DNA of 21,281 bases from positions 1 through 21,281 of the forward strand of contig JANLPS010000291.1 in NCBI GenBank assembly GCA_031367385.1, in the 5' to 3' direction. Origin of the DNA: Archangium sp. (lineage in GTDB: Bacteria > Myxococcota > Myxococcia > Myxococcales > Myxococcaceae). Both the position numbers and the translations under genes were made by a program. A model generated the notes under the pieces. The model saw nothing but the letters and a program-made list of their open reading frames with translations, made no database searches and had not been told where the DNA came from. Below are positions 15,427 to 21,281 of the stretch, in pieces (position 1 is the stretch's first letter; each line of letters starts with the position of its first letter).

Positions 15427-18400
15427 TTAAGGAGCCGTCGAGGTCACCTTGGCGGCGACTCCTTCGGAGGGGAGGTTGACCGGCGTGGTCTTCACCGGCT
15501 CATCGCTGTCTTCGGTCTCTTTGCCGATGCGCATCGACGGTGGGGTCAGCTTCTCAATCACCGCGAAGACCAGTGGCACGACGAAGAGGGTCAAGAAGGT
15601 CGAGGTGATGACGCCTCCGATGACGGCGACGGCCATGGGGGCCCGAAACTCGAAGCCCTGACCGCGGCCAATCGCCGTGGGCACCATGCCGATGGCCATC
15701 GCAGCCGAGGTCATCAGAATCGGCCGCAACCGCCGTGGGCCCGCTTTCAGAATCGCCTCGTTCAAGTCGTCACCCGAGCGCAGGTTCTGCAGAATTTGAT
15801 CAACGAGCAGAATCGCGTTCTTGGTCACGAGGCCCATCAACAAGATGAGGCCGATCATCGCGCCCAGGGTGATGCTCCAGCCGCCGATGACCAGGCCGAG
15901 GGCCGCGCCGATGAGCGCGAGGGGCACCGAGACCATGATGGTGAACGGGTGCTTGAAGCTCTCGAACTGCGAGGCGAGCACCATGTAGACGAACACGAAG
16001 GCCAAGAAGAACACCAGCGCGAACGCCGAGTTCTGCTCGTTGAGCACCTTCATCTGCCCGTCGTAGAAGAACGAGTACCCCGGGGGGGCCGGAGCCTCGG
16101 CCAGCTTGGCCTTGAGCATGGTAGCGACCTCACCAAGCGACGCGCCTTCGCCCGGCGAGGCGATGACCATCACCCGGCGCTCGCGGTTGAAGTGCTCGAT
16201 CACCGCCGGAGTCTCGGCCATCGCAATGGTCGCCACGTCGCTGACCGGTCGAACGCCGGTGGGGGTGAAAACATCCATCGAGCGGATCAGCTCTGGGGTC
16301 GCGCGGTCTTTCTCAGCGAGGCGCACCACGATTTCAGTCTCGAGGCTGCCCTCGCGCAGCTTGCCGGCGACCTGGCCATTCATCGCGAGCCGCATCTGCA
16401 TGCCGAGCATCGCGCTGGTGAGCCCGGTGTCTTGTGCGCGGTTGCGATCGATGCTCACCGCGAGCTCTGGCTTGTTGGGGTTGGTGACGATGCGAACATC
16501 GCTGGCCATCGCCTTGCCCTCGGCGTTCTTGAGGCCGCGCAGCACTTCGGCGACGCGGTTGGCCTCGCTGGTGAGCGTGTTGAAGTCGGGCCCCATCACG
16601 TAAATCATCATTGGAAAGAAGTCGCCGACGCCTTCGATTTGCGGAGGGTCGAACAGCGCGACCTCGGTGGCGGGCAAGACCTTGAGCGACTCGCGAACCT
16701 CGGCCTTGAGCTGGGGAATGGTGTGCGCCCGCACCGCGCGCAGCTTGGTGAGCACGCGCATGCGCGCCTTGTTGGCGTCGCCAGAGATGCCATCGGGGTT
16801 GGCGCCGACGATGGTGTAGATGTCGGTGACGTCGGGGTTCTGGCGAATGAGATCTTCGGTTTGCTTGGCCCGCAGCAATGACTCTTGAACCGACGAGCCC
16901 TCGGGCAGTTTGATCTCGAGCAAGAACTGCGCGCGATCTTCAGGTGAGAGAAAGTCATTGCCCAGGCGGCTGGCGGCGGCCATCGAGCCCACGATGATCA
17001 GCAGGGTCACGCCGGCGGTCTTCCACCGGTGAATCAGCGTCCACCCCAGAATCTTGCCGTAGAGCCGCTCGGTGGCCTCGAAGAGCCGCCGCAAATTTCG
17101 CGCGACCACGTTTTCGTCATGCGTGCGGGTGCGGTCGAGCCGCTTCGAGAACCTCGACGACAACATCGGGTCGAGGGTGAACGAAATGAACATCGAGATC
17201 AGCACCGCGGCCGAGATGGTCAGGCCGAACTGCTTGAAGAACTGGCCCACGATGCCGGGCATGAACGCCACCGGCACGAACACCGCGACGAGCGAGAAGG
17301 TGGTCGCGAGCACCGCGAGAAACACGTCACGGGTGCCGTTCGACGCGGCGTCTTTGGGTGACTCACCCTGCTCGAGCCGGTGGGTAATCGCTTCGCGCAC
17401 CACCACCGCGTCGTCGATGAGCAACCCGATGGCCAGCGACAGCGCCAGCATCGTCATCTGGTTGAGGGTGTACCCCAGCGCATACATCACGAAAAAGGTG
17501 CCGATGACCGAGGTGGGCAAGGCCAGTGAGCTGATCAACGTGCCGCGAACGTCGAGCAAGAACATCAAGATGATCAGCACCGCCATCAAGCCGCCGAAGA
17601 CCAGCGCGACCCACACCTCTTTGGCGTTCTCTTCGATGTAGGTCGACGAGTCGATCAGCAGCGACGCAGCGAAGTTGTGGCCCATGTCTGGCGTAGCCTC
17701 GCCCATCTTCGCCTTGACCGACTTTGCGACCTCGACGGTGTTCGAGCCGGCCTGTTTGATCACCTCGACGATGACCGCTTCGCTCCCGTTGAGGCGGGCG
17801 ATGGTTCGCCGGTCAGCGACCGAATCGGTGACGGTGGCGAGCTCGTTGAGCCGAATGAACGAGCCATTCTGGGTATTTCGAACGATGGGCAGCTGCCCGA
17901 TGTCATCGACGGTCTTGAACTGGCCGAGCGCGCGCACGTTGAGCTCGGTGGGGCCCAGGTCGAGGCGGCCCGCGGGCACATCGAGGTTCTCCATGCCGAT
18001 GCGCTCGGCGATCTGCGCCGGAGCGATGCCCGCTGATTTCGCCTTGTCGAGATCGACGTCGACCCGCACCTCGCGAACCTCGCCGCCGACCACCCGAACC
18101 GCCGCGACGCCGTCGAGCTGGGCCAGGGTGGGCTCGAGCCGGTCTTTGATCAGCTGGCGCAAATTGCTGCTGCTGATGTCGGCCGACACCGCATAGGTCA
18201 AGATGGGTGCCGCACCCACGTCGATGCGCGCCACCTTCGGGGCGTCGATGTCGCGGGGCAGGGTGTTCTGCACGCTCGAGACCTTGTCGCGCACTTCTTG
18301 AACCGCGCGATCGAGCCCCATCGTCAGCTTGAACTGAACGAAGACCACGCTCACGTTTTCGCGAGAGAACGACTGAATGGTCTCGATGCCCGAGATGCCG

Positions 18401-18615
18401 GCGACGGCGTCTTCAATGGGCTTCGAGACCTGTGACTCGACCTCTGACGGGCCGGCGCCCCGGTACACGGTCGTCACCGCCACGAAGGGAAACGACACGT
18501 CGGGAAACAGGTCGGTACCGAGGCGTCGAAGACCGATCAGCCCCAAGACGATCAACAGCACCGCGATCATCGTGGTGAAGACCGGCCCCTTGATCGAGAC
18601 GTCTGAGAGCGTCAT
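15427..18615 (-). CDS. RND efflux transporter permease subunit (AcrB/HAE1-like)
   Basis: 1062 aa; 'DLFPDVSFP', proton-relay motifs 'LLIDDAVVVRE', 'VTKNAIL' and 'RLRPILMT'; two large periplasmic loops. Confidence 0.96.
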   Translation of the reverse strand: MTLSDVSIKGPVFTTMIAVLLIVLGLIGLRRLGTDLFPDVSFPFVAVTTVYRGAGPSEVESQVSKPIEDAVAGISGIETIQSFSRENVSVVFVQFKLTMGLDRAVQEVRDKVSSVQNTLPRDIDAPKVARIDVGAAPILTYAVSADISSSNLRQLIKDRLEPTLAQLDGVAAVRVVGGEVREVRVDVDLDKAKSAGIAPAQIAERIGMENLDVPAGRLDLGPTELNVRALGQFKTVDDIGQLPIVRNTQNGSFIRLNELATVTDSVADRRTIARLNGSEAVIVEVIKQAGSNTVEVAKSVKAKMGEATPDMGHNFAASLLIDSSTYIEENAKEVWVALVFGGLMAVLIILMFLLDVRGTLISSLALPTSVIGTFFVMYALGYTLNQMTMLALSLAIGLLIDDAVVVREAITHRLEQGESPKDAASNGTRDVFLAVLATTFSLVAVFVPVAFMPGIVGQFFKQFGLTISAAVLISMFISFTLDPMLSSRFSKRLDRTRTHDENVVARNLRRLFEATERLYGKILGWTLIHRWKTAGVTLLIIVGSMAAASRLGNDFLSPEDRAQFLLEIKLPEGSSVQESLLRAKQTEDLIRQNPDVTDIYTIVGANPDGISGDANKARMRVLTKLRAVRAHTIPQLKAEVRESLKVLPATEVALFDPPQIEGVGDFFPMMIYVMGPDFNTLTSEANRVAEVLRGLKNAEGKAMASDVRIVTNPNKPELAVSIDRNRAQDTGLTSAMLGMQMRLAMNGQVAGKLREGSLETEIVVRLAEKDRATPELIRSMDVFTPTGVRPVSDVATIAMAETPAVIEHFNRERRVMVIASPGEGASLGEVATMLKAKLAEAPAPPGYSFFYDGQMKVLNEQNSAFALVFFLAFVFVYMVLASQFESFKHPFTIMVSVPLALIGAALGLVIGGWSITLGAMIGLILLMGLVTKNAILLVDQILQNLRSGDDLNEAILKAGPRRLRPILMTSAAMAIGMVPTAIGRGQGFEFRAPMAVAVIGGVITSTFLTLFVVPLVFAVIEKLTPPSMRIGKETEDSDEPVKTTPVNLPSEGVAAKVTSTAP

Positions 18616-19649
18616 CGCTGCGTGACCTTGGTGCCTTCAACCAACGCCTGGGTCGGGTAATCGACCACCTGGTTCACCGGCTCAGCCGGCGTGACCACCA
18701 GCTCGCCGGAGCGCCGCTCGACGATGGTGACGGGCACCTTCTTCAGCACCCCCGCGGCGTCGACCGAGAAGACGTGCTCTCCGCCGATGGTGATCAGCGC
18801 TGTGGAGGGGATGATCACCGCCGAGCGCGCCTCGCCGACGGGCAGGGTGACGCGCGCCAGGGTGTTCGCGGTGAAGCGGCCATCGGCGTTGGGCACCACG
18901 ATCTCAATCGGCACCCGTCGCGTCTGGGGGTCGGCCGAGGGCAGCAGCACCTTCACCACCGCGTCGTCAGTCGACACGCTCGCGCCCACCGCTTCGACCC
19001 GAACCTTGAGGCCCGGCTTGAGCACCTGCCGCATCGATTCGGGCACGGTGGCTTTGAGCACGAGCGGGTCGAGCTGCATGATGATGTAGACGGGCGTGCC
19101 CGGGCCGACCATGCCGCCGGTGTTGTCGGGCGCATCGATGACGGTGCCCGAGAACAACGCCTTGACCTCGTGGCGTCGGCGACCCGCGCGAGCCTGCGCC
19201 AGCTGCGCCTTGGCCAGCAGCACCTGCGCGGCGGCCTGCTTCGCCTGCACCTCGGCCGACTTCGACTGCACGTCTGACACGCTGCCCTCGGCCTTCAGCT
19301 TCTCGTTGCGGCCGGCGACGTCGAGCGCCAGGCCGGCTCCGGCTTCCGCGGCGGCGACTCCAGCCTCGGCCTGCGCGACCTGGGCATCGATGATCTCGGT
19401 GTCGAGCGAGCCCAGGCTCTGGCCCGTCTTGACCAGGTCGCCCTTCGACACCTTGGAGCTCGCCAATCGCCCCCCGACCTCGAAGCCCATCGGCAACAGC
19501 TTGGAGGGGAAGAGCGAGCCCGACACGCTCTCTCTACTGGTCGAGAGCACCGGCTTGACCTTGACCAGCTTGAGCGAGGGCGCGACGGCGATCGGCCCCT
19601 CGGCGAAGGCGAGGGCGCTGATCAGCAACGAGAAGAGCAGAGCTTTCAC
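18612..19649 (-). CDS. RND efflux periplasmic adaptor (membrane fusion protein)
   Basis: Lipoyl-like halves ('VSKGDLVKTGQ', 'VKALFSGTV'), Ala/Gln coiled coil, 'PSADPQTR', 'IPSTAL'; overlaps both neighbours by 4 nt. Confidence 0.93.
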   Translation of the reverse strand: MKALLFSLLISALAFAEGPIAVAPSLKLVKVKPVLSTSRESVSGSLFPSKLLPMGFEVGGRLASSKVSKGDLVKTGQSLGSLDTEIIDAQVAQAEAGVAAAEAGAGLALDVAGRNEKLKAEGSVSDVQSKSAEVQAKQAAAQVLLAKAQLAQARAGRRRHEVKALFSGTVIDAPDNTGGMVGPGTPVYIIMQLDPLVLKATVPESMRQVLKPGLKVRVEAVGASVSTDDAVVKVLLPSADPQTRRVPIEIVVPNADGRFTANTLARVTLPVGEARSAVIIPSTALITIGGEHVFSVDAAGVLKKVPVTIVERRSGELVVTPAEPVNQVVDYPTQALVEGTKVTQR

Positions 19650-20350
19650 GGCAGACTCCTGAGGCGTAAGCGCGGAGGTGATCTCCGCCGCGAATTCGTG
19701 GCCACCGGCAGCGATGGCGCCGCTGAGATGCCGTTTTCAAGAAGCCGGGTCAGGCCATCGAGCCACGCTTCGAGGTCGGGCTTCTCGGTCAGGCCGATCA
19801 TGTGGCGCAGCAGCATCATCCACGAGCCGATCAGCATCGAGCCCATGATCTCGCTCGGTACATCGGGCCGGCAGATGCCCCACTTCTTCAACCGGTCGCA
19901 CGCTTCCGTGACCCGCTGCGCCTCGCGGTCGACGATCGCCCAGAGCACGCCGTCGAACTCGGTGCCGCGAGCCCCATTGAGCAGCACCGCCGCGATGTCG
20001 CGCTCGGCCCAGAGCAGGTCGAGCACCTGGCGATCACTTCTGCGGCTCAAGGCCTGCAGCGCCGGCAGCGAGGCCTCACGCTTCTTCGGGCCCGACGCCT
20101 TGCTCAGCAGCGCATCTTCTTCGCGCGTGCGCCGGGCGTGCAGCGAGTCCATCCCGTCGGTGAGCTGGGCGACGAGCTGACGAAAGAGCGCCTCCTTCGA
20201 CTCGAAGTGCAAATAAAACGCACCCTTCGAGAGGCCACAGGCCGAGGTGATGTCTTCGATGCGAGCCTTCTGAATGCCGAAGCGCAGAAATTCTTTTCGC
20301 GCGGCACGAATCAGCGCGGCACGGGCATGGGGGTCAGCAGGTCGAGACAT
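19646..20350 (-). CDS. TetR/AcrR-family transcriptional regulator
   Basis: ATG at 20350 (MSRPADP). HTH region 'LIRAARKEFLRFGIQKARIEDITSACGLSKGAFYLHFESKEALF'; first gene of the efflux operon. Confidence 0.95.
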   Translation of the reverse strand: MSRPADPHARAALIRAARKEFLRFGIQKARIEDITSACGLSKGAFYLHFESKEALFRQLVAQLTDGMDSLHARRTREEDALLSKASGPKKREASLPALQALSRRSDRQVLDLLWAERDIAAVLLNGARGTEFDGVLWAIVDREAQRVTEACDRLKKWGICRPDVPSEIMGSMLIGSWMMLLRHMIGLTEKPDLEAWLDGLTRLLENGISAAPSLPVATNSRRRSPPRLRLRSLP

Positions 20351-20360
20351 CGGGGGCCGG

Positions 20361-20419
20361 CCAGTTATTAACCCACGGGTCATGAATGGCAACCAGTTGT
20401 TGAACCGCCGGTCATTCAT
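20361..20419. promoter_or_regulatory. Twin candidate TetR operators: TAACCCACGGGTCA (20369-20382) and TGAACCGCCGGTCA (20401-20414)
   Basis: Two imperfect TGACC-N4-GGTCA palindromes 32 bp apart, within a 27-nt direct repeat (20/27 identical by my count), just upstream of the tetR start. Confidence 0.7.
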
Positions 20420-20474
20420 TCGTGAATCGGGGTCGAAAAGTTGATCTGCTCCGATGTGGGCCTACGGTCGCCCC

Positions 20475-21281
20475 ATGCGTTACTCCCTGCGACAGATGAT
20501 GCTGATGGTGTTGCCGTTGACGGTGGCCTGTAGCCCCAATGAGCCGTTGCTCGCGACCCAGTGTCTGTCGGTGACGGTGCCTCCGGGCAGTGAGGGGTTG
20601 GTGACGGGCCTGCCCGCGCGGGTCTCGCTCTTCTTCAGCGTCGACACCTGCGGAGGTGACGCCGTCTCGGGCCTCGATGCCTCGCACTTCGAGATCTCAG
20701 AAGACGGCAAGGCGATCAGCCCCTACGAGAGCGAGCGGCGCATTCAGGCCAAGGGCGAGAAGTACCGAATGAATTCAATCGTTTTGCTCGACGTGTCGGG
20801 CAGCGTGCTCGAGAGCGGCCAGTTTCCCCAGTTGAAGACGGCGGCGGCGACGTACGTGCGGCGGGTGCTCACCGGGCAAGAGGGTCAGCGGGTCGCGGTG
20901 ATGACCTTCGATGGCCGCGAAGCGGTGCAGGTGTTGATCGACTTCTCGAATGACGTCAACGCGGTGATCGCGGCGCTCAACACGCTCGACGTGACCCAGT
21001 GCAGCGCGAACATCGACTGCGCCCAGTTCACTGATCACCGAACCTGTGCCGGCTGGCGCTGCGTCGACAACTCGACCAACCTGAACGGCGCCGTGGTGCA
21101 AGCCCTCGACGCGCTCGACGCTCGAGCGAACCTCGAGAAGAGCATCGTGTGGAAAGATTCGTCGTTGGTGCTCTTCACCGACGGCACTGATCAGGCCGGC
21201 CGGGTGCAGCAGCTCACGGTCGGGGTGCTCGAGCTCGTGGCGGGCGTGGCGTTGAGCGCGCGCAGCATGCCGCACCTGCAC
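20475..21281 (+). CDS. VWA-domain lipoprotein, 3'-truncated by the window edge (absent from the ORF track)
   Basis: Manual translation from ATG 20475: MRYSLRQMMLMVLPLTVAC (lipobox)...FEISEDG...LLDVSGS (MIDAS, 20790)...VAVMTFDG...STNLNGAV...LVLFTDGTDQAG. No stop codon before the window end. Confidence 0.9.
   Translation, partial: MRYSLRQMMLMVLPLTVACSPNEPLLATQCLSVTVPPGSEGLVTGLPARVSLFFSVDTCGGDAVSGLDASHFEISEDGKAISPYESERRIQAKGEKYRMNSIVLLDVSGSVLESGQFPQLKTAAATYVRRVLTGQEGQRVAVMTFDGREAVQVLIDFSNDVNAVIAALNTLDVTQCSANIDCAQFTDHRTCAGWRCVDNSTNLNGAVVQALDALDARANLEKSIVWKDSSLVLFTDGTDQAGRVQQLTVGVLELVAGVALSARSMPHLH

Noticed and set aside
3015..19662. Many overlapping alternative-frame and antisense ORFs (e.g. 3510..4154, 6007..6957, 9607..10653, 15796..16881)
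   Set aside because: Typical stop-poor shadow frames of high-GC genes; they have no motifs and overlap well-supported CDSs.
20351..20419. Extended TetR N-terminus starting at 20419
   Set aside because: It would run through the operator-like palindromes; ATG 20350 gives a typical TetR start.
20775..21281. Minus-strand 168-aa ORF and the small minus-strand ORFs at 20412..20710
   Set aside because: Antisense shadows of the plus-strand VWA lipoprotein, which has clear motifs.
20475..21281. Naming the VWA lipoprotein cglB
   Set aside because: Only the general architecture is shared; I cannot establish orthology from the partial sequence.
1..21281. rRNA, tRNA, integrase or transposase genes
   Set aside because: None recognisable; the intergenic gaps are short and show no cloverleaf or recombinase motifs.

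Overview
GC-rich bacterial DNA, very probably from a myxobacterium (Myxococcota). Evidence for that: a pilin closely resembling M. xanthus PilA, a MYXO-CTERM-like anchor, Cys-rich lipoproteins and DAG-rich linkers. Left to right the window holds: a partial DUF4920-like gene; a stand-alone PD-(D/E)xK nuclease-like gene; two orphan minus-strand genes; clpS-clpA; an isolated type IVa pilin; a tightly coupled four-gene run (APH-like kinase, HopA1/LanY-like protein, Ni/Co permease-like protein, DUF6162-like protein); a lipoprotein plus an M64 metallopeptidase with five HYR repeats; a Cys-rich/TolB-like lipoprotein; a TetR-MFP-RND-TolC efflux operon with twin operator-like palindromes; and a partial VWA lipoprotein missing from the ORF track. 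The best candidate for a new system is the LanK/LanY-like (class V lanthipeptide synthetase-type) pair. It has no precursor peptide in view, its lyase partner looks degenerate, it is coupled to metal-uptake-type genes and it is divergent from an orphan pilin. The oddest DNA-level signal is an AT-rich exact 23-bp tandem duplication enclosed by 11-bp inverted repeats (13818-13872). Two short REP-like elements are also present. All family calls come from motif recognition by eye; no database searches were run.
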